From Capsulimonadaceae bacterium (GTDB lineage: Bacteria; Armatimonadota; Armatimonadia; Armatimonadales; Capsulimonadaceae), in contig OZ244065.1 in the NCBI GenBank assembly GCA_965215505.1, positions 2,272,001 through 2,336,000 of the forward strand: DNA of 64,000 bases, read 5' to 3'. The position numbers and the translations under genes are program-made. The first letter of the stretch is position 1; each line of letters begins with the position of its first letter. The notes below the pieces were generated by a model. That model saw only the letters and a list, made by a program, of their open reading frames with translations, was not told the origin of the DNA and made no database searches. This document shows positions 18,414 to 26,904 of the stretch, piece by piece.

Positions 18414-20447
18414 ATGGGCGCGGAAGCGATCTTGATGCCGGCGGTGGGCTGTGCCGCCCGCCTCGTCCATGCCGCCCTGTGGGGCGGGCTGTTCATCGCC
18501 GGGGTCGGCGCGGCCTGCCGCCTGGCCCCCCGCCTGCCGGCTGCCGTCCGCGCGGGCCTCTGGTGGCTGGCCTGCCTCAAGCTGGTCTTCGGCCTGTTCT
18601 GGGCCGCCCCGCTCGCCCTGCCACTGCTCCCCGCCCCCGCCGTCCGCCCCGCAGCCGCCTTCAAGCCTGTCGCCCCGGCTGCCGCCGTACCGCCCTCTCG
18701 GGCCGCCTTCCCCGGCGTGAAGAGCGCCACGCCGCCCCAAACCGGCAGCACGCGGCCCGTCCCGGATGCCCCTGGCCCGTGCCTCTCCTGGCCGCTCGGC
18801 CTGCTTCTTCTGTGGCTGGCGGGCGTCGCCTTCTCGCTCCTGACGGCGCTGGCGCAGGGCATCCGCCTCGCCCGGACGGTGCGGGACGCTTCCCCGGCCC
18901 CCCTCGCGGGCATGGACCCGGACGCTCTGGCCGCCGCATCGGGGCTGCGCCGCACGCCGCGCGTCTTGCAGCACTCCGCCGTGTCCGCGCCGTGCGTGAC
19001 GGGCTGGCTCCAGCCCACCATCCTGCTGCCGCCCGGCCTGGGTCAGACTCTGACGCCCGAGGAGCTGCGGCTGACATTAGCGCACGAGATGGCGCACGTC
19101 CGGCGCGGCGACCTGCGGCTGGCCCTCGTCCCCGCGCTGGCCCGCGCCCTGTTCTTCTTCCACCCCCTGGTCTGGTGGGCCAGCGCCGAGTGGGGCGCGG
19201 CCCGCGAGGAGGCCTGCGACGCCCTGGCGCTGGGCGCGACCGGTGCGTCCCCGGCGCGGCTCGGTCACCTGCTGCTCCGGCTGGCGTCCGGCGAGGCGAG
19301 CGCGCCCGCCCTGGGGCTTTCGTCCGGCTACCACGGCCTGCGCCGCCGCCTGGTCGGGCTGACGCGGACCGCCAGGGAAAGCCGCACACTGTCCCGCTGG
19401 CTGCTGGCCTGCGCCCTGCCCCTCCTGCTCCCCTGGCGTCTGACGGCCGCCGCGCGGGTCCTGCCCGCCGCGCCGACCGGGGACGCCGCGCCGTCATACC
19501 AGGTTACGGACATGGGCGAGATCGGGGACGGCAGCGCATTGGCCCTGAACGACGCGGGCCAGATCGCGGGCGCGACCCCCGGACCCGACGCCCTCGCACA
19601 CGGCTTCGTCTGGGACGCGGGCCGGGCCGTGCCGACGGGCGCGCTGCCCAAGCACCACGCCAGCATCGCCTACGGCATCAACAGCCGGGGCCAGGCGGCT
19701 GCCGCCTCCTACAACATTCCGGGCCGGGGCCGCGCCTTCCTCTGGGACGGCACCCCGCACCGGCTGGGGTCGCTGCCGGGCTACCCTTACAGCGAGGCGC
19801 GCGGCGTCAACGACGCCGGGCAGGTCGCCGGCTCGGCGGAAACCGGCGGCCACGACCGCTGGCGGGCCTCAGTCGCTCGCGCCTTCCTCTGGGATTCGGG
19901 GCAGATGACCGACCTGGGGACATTGGGCGGACCGTACAGCCGCGCCTACGGCATCAACGGCGCGGGCGTCGTCGTCGGCAAGGCCGACACGTCCGTCTTC
20001 GGCCAGACCCACGCCTTCACCTGGGCGGACGGCCAGATGACCGATCTGGGGACATTGGGCGGCGCGAACAGCCTCGCCTACCGTGTCAACGACCGGGGCC
20101 AGGCCGTCGGCTACTCCGAAACCGGGCCGGGCGCGACCCGCCACGCCTTCCTGACGACCGAGGGTGTGATGCACGACCTGGGCACCCCGCTGGGCTTTGA
20201 TGACAGCGTCGCCTACGATGTCAACGGCGCGGGCGAGGCCGTCGGGGCCGCCGCGACCGCGCCCGACTCCCCCGGCACGCGCGCCCTCCTCTGGCGCGGC
20301 GGCCATACGATTGACCTGAACGGCCTGCTCCCCGCAAATTCCGGCTGGACTCTGGAGGAGGCTCGCGCCATCAACGGCCGGGGCCAGATCGCTGGGACGG
20401 GCCGCTTCCACGGGGCACCCCGCGCGTTCCTGCTGACGCCGCGCTAG
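18414..20447 (+). CDS. BlaR1-type M56 metallopeptidase fused to an extracellular HAF-repeat beta-propeller
   Basis: TM segments, LAHEMAHVRRGD, FFFHPLVWW and REEACD motifs, then repeated GIN-x-x-GQ...HAF-x-W...MTDLGTLGG units. Confidence 0.9.
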   Translation: MGAEAILMPAVGCAARLVHAALWGGLFIAGVGAACRLAPRLPAAVRAGLWWLACLKLVFGLFWAAPLALPLLPAPAVRPAAAFKPVAPAAAVPPSRAAFPGVKSATPPQTGSTRPVPDAPGPCLSWPLGLLLLWLAGVAFSLLTALAQGIRLARTVRDASPAPLAGMDPDALAAASGLRRTPRVLQHSAVSAPCVTGWLQPTILLPPGLGQTLTPEELRLTLAHEMAHVRRGDLRLALVPALARALFFFHPLVWWASAEWGAAREEACDALALGATGASPARLGHLLLRLASGEASAPALGLSSGYHGLRRRLVGLTRTARESRTLSRWLLACALPLLLPWRLTAAARVLPAAPTGDAAPSYQVTDMGEIGDGSALALNDAGQIAGATPGPDALAHGFVWDAGRAVPTGALPKHHASIAYGINSRGQAAAASYNIPGRGRAFLWDGTPHRLGSLPGYPYSEARGVNDAGQVAGSAETGGHDRWRASVARAFLWDSGQMTDLGTLGGPYSRAYGINGAGVVVGKADTSVFGQTHAFTWADGQMTDLGTLGGANSLAYRVNDRGQAVGYSETGPGATRHAFLTTEGVMHDLGTPLGFDDSVAYDVNGAGEAVGAAATAPDSPGTRALLWRGGHTIDLNGLLPANSGWTLEEARAINGRGQIAGTGRFHGAPRAFLLTPR

Positions 20448-20455
20448 GAGTCCGC

Positions 20456-21532
20456 ATGCGGGTTTTGTTCCTGTTACCGCTCCTAGCCTTGTTCTCCCTG
20501 CCCACCCTACCGGCGGCTGACACGTCCACCGCCCGGTTCGCCGTGACCGACTTGGGCGCGATCTCCGGTGTGGATGGGTCTGTGGGGGCGCTGGCCCTCA
20601 ACGACCAGGGGCAAGTCGTCGGCGGGGACAGCCACGCTCTTCTCTGGGACAAGGGCAGAGAATATGACTTAGGCGTCCTGCCTCCGGGGCCGCCGGAGGA
20701 TGATATCAGCAGCACCGCCTATGGCATCAACAACCAGAGCCAAATCGTGGGGGGTTCGGGCGGCTTCGGCCCCATTTTCATGAGCGGCTTGCAGTTCGAG
20801 CGCGGCTTCCTCTTTCAGAAAGGCACCCTGCGTCAGTTGACCCAAGAAGGTGCTTCCTTTGAGCCTCGCGCAATCAACGACAAGGGCCAAATCGTCGGGC
20901 TGGATGCCTACCGGGGCTTCCTCTACCAGAACGGCAGACTGCTCCTGCTCGGCACGTTGAGCCATGTGCCGGTCGGCAACCGCAGCGCCGCCCGCGCCAT
21001 CAACAATTCCGGGCAGGTCGTCGGCTGGAGTACCGTCAATAGCCTCCGCCGAGTCACGGCGAGAGAGCTGACCACACACGCCTGCCTGTGGCGGACGAGT
21101 GGGAAGGCCGTCCGGCAGCGCGACTTGGGCACCCTGCCGAGCTGGGTCAACAGCTACGCCTACGGCATCAACGACCGGGGAGAAGTCATCGGGTCCGTCA
21201 GCGACACCACCGGCGGCACCTACGGCGTCTCCCCGGACGCACATGCCCGAGCGTTCCTTTGGCGCGGCGGAAAGATGACAAGCCTCGGCACCCTCCCCGG
21301 CAGCCACAGCAGCGAAGCGTTCGGCATCAACAACGCGGGCGCGGTCGTCGGCCAATCAGGAGGCAGAGCCTTTCGCTGGCAAGCGGGTCACATGCGAAAC
21401 CTAAACTCCCTCCTCCCCGCCGGGTCAGGCTGGGTTCTGGCGGAAGCCCGCGCCGTTAACAACAGAGGCCAGATCGCCGGCAACGGCACGTTCCATGGTA
21501 AGCCTCATGCTTTCCTGCTGACGCCACGGTAG
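20456..21532 (+). CDS. secreted HAF-repeat protein
   Basis: Signal peptide, A-x-GIN-x-x-G-x-VVG and DLGTL repeats, C-terminal HAFLLTPR. Confidence 0.88.
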   Translation: MRVLFLLPLLALFSLPTLPAADTSTARFAVTDLGAISGVDGSVGALALNDQGQVVGGDSHALLWDKGREYDLGVLPPGPPEDDISSTAYGINNQSQIVGGSGGFGPIFMSGLQFERGFLFQKGTLRQLTQEGASFEPRAINDKGQIVGLDAYRGFLYQNGRLLLLGTLSHVPVGNRSAARAINNSGQVVGWSTVNSLRRVTARELTTHACLWRTSGKAVRQRDLGTLPSWVNSYAYGINDRGEVIGSVSDTTGGTYGVSPDAHARAFLWRGGKMTSLGTLPGSHSSEAFGINNAGAVVGQSGGRAFRWQAGHMRNLNSLLPAGSGWVLAEARAVNNRGQIAGNGTFHGKPHAFLLTPR

Positions 21533-21544
21533 ACTAACACTTTT

Positions 21545-22426
21545 ATGAAGTCGCTCCTCGCTACGTTCGGCGCTTTTTTGGCAGTGGCCGCCCTTTTATG
21601 GATATGTGGGTGCTTCGCCGACATGCGGCCTGTCATGGACGCGCAGGCGGCTTCCCAAGTCGGGAGCGGCCCCTACACGCCTTCTGCCAGGCGTCCGCCT
21701 CCCGGAAGCCGGGGGCCTCGGTACAGTGTGGCAGGAATCAGGGACGCGCGGCCAAACGGATGCGGCGCGGCACTCGACATCCGCGGGGTCGCACCGGGCG
21801 TCTTCCGGACCGGGGTGGATCATCCGGATCTGCGCGGCCCGGCCCCGCCAGATATTCGGAGCAGACGCTTCCAGTCTCTGCCGGGGTATCCGGAAGTATA
21901 CGCGCTCGCCGCCGATCACCATGGTCAGGTTGTCGGCTACTGCAAGTCCGTTGGGAGCGGTGCGTGGATGCGGGTACAGGCCCACGCGCTCCTGTGGCGG
22001 CGGGGCCGCGTGCGCGCTCTGGAGACGCTGCCGGGCTATCAGATCACCCACGCCACTGCAATCAGCGACCGGGGCCTGATTGCGGGCGATGCGACCGTTG
22101 ACTCCTTCCCTGGCAGCAGGGATGATCCCGGCCATGCCGTTTGCTGGGTCGGCGGCAGGGTCCGCGACTTGGGGACGGGATGGGCGATAGCCGTCAACGA
22201 CGTGGGGGAGATCGTGGGCGACTCGGGCACGGGGCCGGCGGACTATTTCCATGACGCCCACGCCCTACTATGGACGCGCGGCTACCGGTACGACCTGAAC
22301 GACCGCATCCCGCCCCGCTCCGGCTGGCTGCTGGTGCAGGCGACGCGCATAGATGATCGTGGGCAGATCGCCGGATGCGGCACTCTCCACGGGGTGGCGC
22401 ACGCTTTCCTGCTGACGCCGGACTGA
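21545..22426 (+). CDS. exported HAF-repeat protein, degenerate
   Basis: N-terminal hydrophobic segment, HALLW/HAVCW repeats, C-terminal HAFLLTPD. Confidence 0.8.
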   Translation: MKSLLATFGAFLAVAALLWICGCFADMRPVMDAQAASQVGSGPYTPSARRPPPGSRGPRYSVAGIRDARPNGCGAALDIRGVAPGVFRTGVDHPDLRGPAPPDIRSRRFQSLPGYPEVYALAADHHGQVVGYCKSVGSGAWMRVQAHALLWRRGRVRALETLPGYQITHATAISDRGLIAGDATVDSFPGSRDDPGHAVCWVGGRVRDLGTGWAIAVNDVGEIVGDSGTGPADYFHDAHALLWTRGYRYDLNDRIPPRSGWLLVQATRIDDRGQIAGCGTLHGVAHAFLLTPD

Positions 22427-22430
22427 AGCT

Positions 22431-22844
22431 ATGAAGACACGAAAAATCACCAAGAAACGAACGGCGCTGTCAACCGCCCTCATCACCGGGGCGATCCTCT
22501 TCACCCTGAATGCTGGGGTGTTCCTCGCGATTCTCATCGCCGACACCGTTCAGGGGGTGCAGACGGGGACGGCCCTGCCCCAACGGAGTCAGCCCTCCGG
22601 TTGGTTCCATCTGCCCCTCATGCTCCTCACTGCCGCCGCCGTGGCCGCCTTCCCCATCGGGCTGTGGGGGTGCGTCCTCCGACGGCGTGCCGTCGCCAAG
22701 CGCCTCTCGACGCCCGCCCCACACGGCAAGTACCTCCTCTGGGGCCGGAACCTGCGCCGCCATGCGAGCATCCCGGCGCGGTACGGCGGCCTGCGGCCCC
22801 CGAAGCCTCTGCGCCCCACGCGCCGCCGGACGGGCCTCCGGTAG
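22431..22844 (+). CDS. small two-TM hypothetical protein
   Basis: ATG 4 nt after the previous stop and two hydrophobic segments. Confidence 0.55.
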   Translation: MKTRKITKKRTALSTALITGAILFTLNAGVFLAILIADTVQGVQTGTALPQRSQPSGWFHLPLMLLTAAAVAAFPIGLWGCVLRRRAVAKRLSTPAPHGKYLLWGRNLRRHASIPARYGGLRPPKPLRPTRRRTGLR

Positions 22845-22917
22845 TAGCCCCCTTTGACAGACCCCCCCGGTCGGTGCGCTACAATGAAGACGAGTCTAAG
22901 CCGAGTGGAGGGGAAAC

Positions 22918-23433
22918 ATGACACCGACAGAGGAACAGACGGATCAGGAGCTAGTCACGCTGCTGGCCGAGCGGGGCGGCACCTGGGAGGCTTCCAAGGC
23001 GCTGGCGGAGCGCGGGAAGGCGGCCATGGGGGCATTGCTCGGGGGCCTGGAACACCCGGACGCCAGGGTCCGGGCGGCCTGCGCGCTGCTGCTGGACCAC
23101 ATCGCCGACGACGGCTGCGTCGGGCCGCTGCTCCAGGCGATGCATCACGATCCGCACGGGGCGGTGCGCCGGTGCGCGATGCATTCCCTGGTGTGTGACG
23201 GCTGCAAGGAGTGTCCACTGGATACGGACGTAGTAGGGGCGCTGATCGAGTCGGCGCGGACGGACCGGAGTCGGGCGGTGCGCCGCCGGGCCATCTTCTA
23301 CCTCTCGCAGCAGCGGCCCGACGCGCGGACGAGTCCTGCGCTAAAGGCTCTGCTCGCGGGCGAAACCGATGCGATCACCCGAAAGCGGGCGCAGAGGGCG
23401 TTAGCCAAGGCCATTCAGTTTGCGGGCGGTTGA
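22918..23433 (+). CDS. HEAT/PBS-lyase-repeat protein
   Basis: L-x-HPDARVRAACA-x-LL, DPHGAVRRCA and DRSRAVRRRA repeats. GGAGG RBS, with TTGACA and TACAAT elements upstream. Confidence 0.82.
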   Translation: MTPTEEQTDQELVTLLAERGGTWEASKALAERGKAAMGALLGGLEHPDARVRAACALLLDHIADDGCVGPLLQAMHHDPHGAVRRCAMHSLVCDGCKECPLDTDVVGALIESARTDRSRAVRRRAIFYLSQQRPDARTSPALKALLAGETDAITRKRAQRALAKAIQFAGG

Positions 23434-23533
23434 AATCGCAGCAACAAAGGCACAAAACCTGCCTTCGCAGGTTAAGAGTCTGAGTCGCCGGAGGGCGACT
23501 TTGTGTTTTTGTTGGCGCGACTTCAGTCGCCGG
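23425..23533. repeat. composite REPIN-like element with inverted arms and two internal hairpins
   Basis: Left arm GGCGGTTGAAATCGCAGCAACAAAGGCACAAA versus reverse-complemented right arm GGCGACTGAAGTCGCGCCAACAAAAACACAAA. Internal hairpins ACCTGCCTTCGCAGGT and AGTCGCCGGAGGGCGACT. Confidence 0.7.
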
Positions 23534-23596
23534 CTTGGGAGATGTCTATCAGGGCATTGGCAGGATTAGAGGCGGGGGGCGGCGAATAGAACCGGC

Positions 23597-24709
23597 ATGG
23601 CGCAGGAAGTAGTTCGGGAAGTGGCGGCGGGGCAGGCGGCGACAGGGGAGCGACAGGAAAAGGGCGGGCCGGCGCGGCTGGGCGCGCTGGACGTCTGCCG
23701 GGGCCTGGCGATCCTCGCCGTCCTCTTCATCCACGTCTCCGGCCACTTCCTGCCCGCCCTGCACCCCGCGCGATCACACGCGCCGCCGACCTGGGCGTGG
23801 TACGCCTTGGCCGTGCCGAACCAGGACGCGCAGTGGGCAGTGCCCTGCTTCCTGATGCTCAGTGCCTTCGTCAATGCCCTAAGCCTTTCGCGCGGGAACG
23901 ACGTGGGCCGCTACGCCAAGCGCCGGGTGCAGACGGCCCTGGTCCCCTACCTCCTGTGGAGCGCGGTCTACATCGCGGTCAATGTCCTCATCAAGCACCA
24001 GCACGCGCCGGGCATCCGGGCGACTTTGACGCTGCTCCAAAACGGGACGGCGTACTTCCACCTATACTTCTTCGTGCTGGTGCTGGAGATGTACGTCCTG
24101 CTGCCGCTCGTTCTCCCTTTGTTCCGACGCCGACCGCCCTTCTGGGCCGTCGCGACGGGCGCGGTCGTCTTGCAGGCGGCCATTTACGGCCTGAACCGCT
24201 ATGTCTTCCCGCACCGGTTCCAGACGACCATTCTGTGGGACGTCCTGCCGGTCGCGCTCGGCCTCTGGCTGTTCGGCCAGTCGGCCCGCTGGCCCCAGAT
24301 CTTCCGCCGGGGCGCGTGGGGGGCAGGGGCGGTGACGCTGGCCGCGTTCGCCCTCTACACGCCGCTGGCCGTGGCGGCGATGCTGCACCGGCCGGTCAAC
24401 ACGGCGGAGTATCAGTTCGGGCAGTGGGGCTTTACGGCGGGGATGAGTTTCCTGGCGTTGGTGCTAGCCGACACGCTGGGGCGCAGACCGTTGACGGCGG
24501 TGCTAGGCTACCTGGGAGCGGAGTCGCTGGCGATCTACGTCATGCACCCGCTGGCGATTCTGGCACTGGATACGCTGGGGGTGAACAGGGTCGTGGGCGC
24601 GGGGGTAGGAGTGATAGTCTATTATGCCGCCTGCCTCGCCCTGCCGCTGGCGGCGGCGTGGATTTGGAAGCAGGGAAAGACAATGGTAACGGAAAAGGCA
24701 TCCGCGTAG
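23597..24709 (+). CDS. acyltransferase family 3 (membrane-bound O-acyltransferase)
   Basis: LDVCRGLAILAVLFIH, AVPCFLMLS, PYLLWS, YFHLYF and LG-x-x-SLAIYVMH motifs. Confidence 0.92.
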   Translation: MAQEVVREVAAGQAATGERQEKGGPARLGALDVCRGLAILAVLFIHVSGHFLPALHPARSHAPPTWAWYALAVPNQDAQWAVPCFLMLSAFVNALSLSRGNDVGRYAKRRVQTALVPYLLWSAVYIAVNVLIKHQHAPGIRATLTLLQNGTAYFHLYFFVLVLEMYVLLPLVLPLFRRRPPFWAVATGAVVLQAAIYGLNRYVFPHRFQTTILWDVLPVALGLWLFGQSARWPQIFRRGAWGAGAVTLAAFALYTPLAVAAMLHRPVNTAEYQFGQWGFTAGMSFLALVLADTLGRRPLTAVLGYLGAESLAIYVMHPLAILALDTLGVNRVVGAGVGVIVYYAACLALPLAAAWIWKQGKTMVTEKASA

Positions 24710-24731
24710 GGGCGCGATTCATCGCGCCCTC
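24706..24731 (+). repeat. GTAG-type REP-like element supplying the TAG stop of the acyltransferase
   Basis: GTAGGGGCGCGATTCATCGCGCCCTC. Confidence 0.8.
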
Positions 24732-24760
24732 CTATCGCACCTTCCGTCATCGGCGCAGGT

Positions 24761-25126
24761 TCATATCCGCCAGAACGCCTCGTCGGGCGCGTCCGGCGTC
24801 GGCAGGGCGCGGGCGGCGCAGCCGACCAGGACGGGTTCCAACGGTGTGCGCGGCTCGCGGACGCCGCAGGCCGCCGCGCCCGGTTCGTCATCTCCCGCCC
24901 CGCCCCTCGCCGCGATCTTGTATCCCTCAGCGACCAGCGTAGCCAGTTGCTTCAGTACGAGTTCTGGGATTTCGTCGCCCCGCGCGTCCTGCCCCACCTC
25001 GGCGGCGTGACGTAGGTAGACTTCTTGTAGCAGCTTGAACCGCCACTGCCCGACCGGCTCTATCCCCGCACTTCGGCAGCCCAGCAAATAGCACTCGTAG
25101 TCTTTGTCAGTGTCATCGTAAGCCAT
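24761..25126 (-). CDS. hypothetical protein (MAYDDTDKDYECY...)
   Basis: GGAGG RBS before ATG 25126. Visibly lower GC than flanking genes. Confidence 0.55.
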   Translation of the reverse strand: MAYDDTDKDYECYLLGCRSAGIEPVGQWRFKLLQEVYLRHAAEVGQDARGDEIPELVLKQLATLVAEGYKIAARGGAGDDEPGAAACGVREPRTPLEPVLVGCAARALPTPDAPDEAFWRI

Positions 25127-25197
25127 CGCCCCAACCTCCGTAATCCAGCAGTGTCGGCAAGCGAACACCACCATTGTAACACGGCTCGGGCGGGCCG

Positions 25198-26481
25198 TCA
25201 AGCGGGTGAAGGAGCGCCTTCGGCACGGACCGTGACCCGCACCGGGACGTTGGCGGCCAGTGGCAGGCTGACCGTGACGAGGGAGCCGCGCATCAGCCAG
25301 CCGCCTGTCTGGAGATGGGCGACATCCTGCGCCTGCGCCGCCGGGAGGCCGCCGATCGTAACGCGCGGCGACTGATACAGCGGCCAGGGCGTCGGCACGG
25401 AGAGCGTCAGGACGTCCGTGTCGAACGGGCAGGTGACGGTCAATTCTATTTCATCCGGCGTCGCGCTGACCTCCCAGCGGGCGGTCCGGGCGGCAAGGAA
25501 GCGGCGGGTCATGTCGGACAGCCTGCACCACTCCACCTGGCTGCCCCAGAGCGCGGCGACGCGCCGGGCGACTTCCTGATGGACGCGCAAGCCCAGCCCG
25601 CTGCCGCTGGAATAGAGCGACTGCCAGTGCGTGACGAACACGAGCGGCCCGCCGCCGCGCTTCAGTTCGGCCAGACGCCCGCCCGAACCGTCGGCAGTCA
25701 GAAGGCGGTCGGCCAATGTCTCGGGGGCCTGCGTTTGGTCCGGGTGGCCCGGCTCCTGCGTGTTCCAAACCTCATCGTCCGTCCCCGTCCAGACGCTGAC
25801 GACGGCCTCCCCCGCCGCCGCGTCCAGCAGGGTGATGCGCGGCGGGACGAAGGGGCTGACCGAGTCCATTTGCAGGAAGTTATGGGTGACGCGGCGGCCG
25901 TTGACCCGCGATTCCGCCGCCAGCAGGGCGTGGGCGTACAGCGCTTCATCGCCCCGGTAGAAGCAGGGCTGGGTCAGGCCATGATTGGGCAGCCCGGCCT
26001 CGCCCAAGATCTGCATGGCCGACGCGAAGTAGTCGGCAAGCGTCCCCTCGTCCTGCTGCTCGCTCCACTCGTGTTCACTCTGGGGCAGCAGGCGGCCCGT
26101 CGCGACATCGAGCGCCCGCGTGTGGGTCAGAATCTCGCAGTGGATGTCGAACTGCGGCATGACGACTTCGCGCGCCAGACTCAGCCACGCCCGCAGTTCG
26201 TCCGTGTCGAACCCCTCCAGCGCGTTGTCTATGCGCCCCAGCCCGGCGGGGAAGGGCAGGATCGTGAAGTCGCCCCGGACGCCCGAGTCGGACACCCACC
26301 GGCACCACGTCTCCATGAAGGACAGGGGGATGGTGCGGGGATAGACCGGGGCGGCCTGACCATCCACCTGATGGCGGAAGTACCAGAGCGGGTTGATGCA
26401 GGGGGCGGGGTCGTCCATGATCAGCGAGATCGGGACGCGCAGGTTGGGGTGTTCGACGAACGGCTGGGGCGTCAGCGGCAT
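25198..26481 (-). CDS. conserved hypothetical protein, possibly polysaccharide-deacetylase-like fold
   Basis: 427-aa ORF with GAGGTG RBS. N-terminal SLIMDD plus later H-x-E-x-x-TH and THWQS segments. The fold is a guess. Confidence 0.7.
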   Translation of the reverse strand: MPLTPQPFVEHPNLRVPISLIMDDPAPCINPLWYFRHQVDGQAAPVYPRTIPLSFMETWCRWVSDSGVRGDFTILPFPAGLGRIDNALEGFDTDELRAWLSLAREVVMPQFDIHCEILTHTRALDVATGRLLPQSEHEWSEQQDEGTLADYFASAMQILGEAGLPNHGLTQPCFYRGDEALYAHALLAAESRVNGRRVTHNFLQMDSVSPFVPPRITLLDAAAGEAVVSVWTGTDDEVWNTQEPGHPDQTQAPETLADRLLTADGSGGRLAELKRGGGPLVFVTHWQSLYSSGSGLGLRVHQEVARRVAALWGSQVEWCRLSDMTRRFLAARTARWEVSATPDEIELTVTCPFDTDVLTLSVPTPWPLYQSPRVTIGGLPAAQAQDVAHLQTGGWLMRGSLVTVSLPLAANVPVRVTVRAEGAPSPA

Positions 26482-26542
26482 GGCTCACCTCTGGGATGTC
26501 TATGGAGCAGATTTGGCCTGCCAGTGGGGTATACTCCAGGCC

Positions 26543-26731
26543 ATGGTACAAGTGACTTGGGAAGAAGTCAAGCAGGGAACGGAGTTCGTCATCACGCGCG
26601 ATGACGCCCCCCTGGCACACCTATCGCCTGTTCCTAAAATGCGGCAACTGGGGAGCGCGGTGGGCATAGTCACCTACATCGCGGAGGACTTCGACGCACC
26701 ACTGGAAGACTTCCAAGAACACACTGATTGA
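26543..26731 (+). CDS. Phd/YefM-like (DUF2281-tailed) antitoxin, N-terminally shortened, no adjacent toxin
   Basis: GTEFVITRDDAPLAHL-x-P and RQLGSAVG...IAEDFDAPLEDF motifs. TATACT ~7 nt upstream. Confidence 0.7.
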   Translation: MVQVTWEEVKQGTEFVITRDDAPLAHLSPVPKMRQLGSAVGIVTYIAEDFDAPLEDFQEHTD

Positions 26732-26802
26732 TGGCATGTAGCGGCTTCCGCAGGTAACGCGACAAACACGGACACGGCAACAGGCGATTGCGGGCAGGTG
26801 CG

Positions 26803-26828
26803 GAGGGCGCAGCGAGCAGCGTCCCTAC
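26803..26828 (-). repeat. GTAG-type REP-like element
   Basis: GTAGGGACGCTGCTCGCTGCGCCCTC on the minus strand. Confidence 0.65.
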
Positions 26829-26904
26829 CCAGGTTTCCTCTTCTGTCCCCTGGACAGGTCCCCCTCAGCGAGTGAGTTCATCCACTCGTCCTCCCCGTCT
26901 TTCC

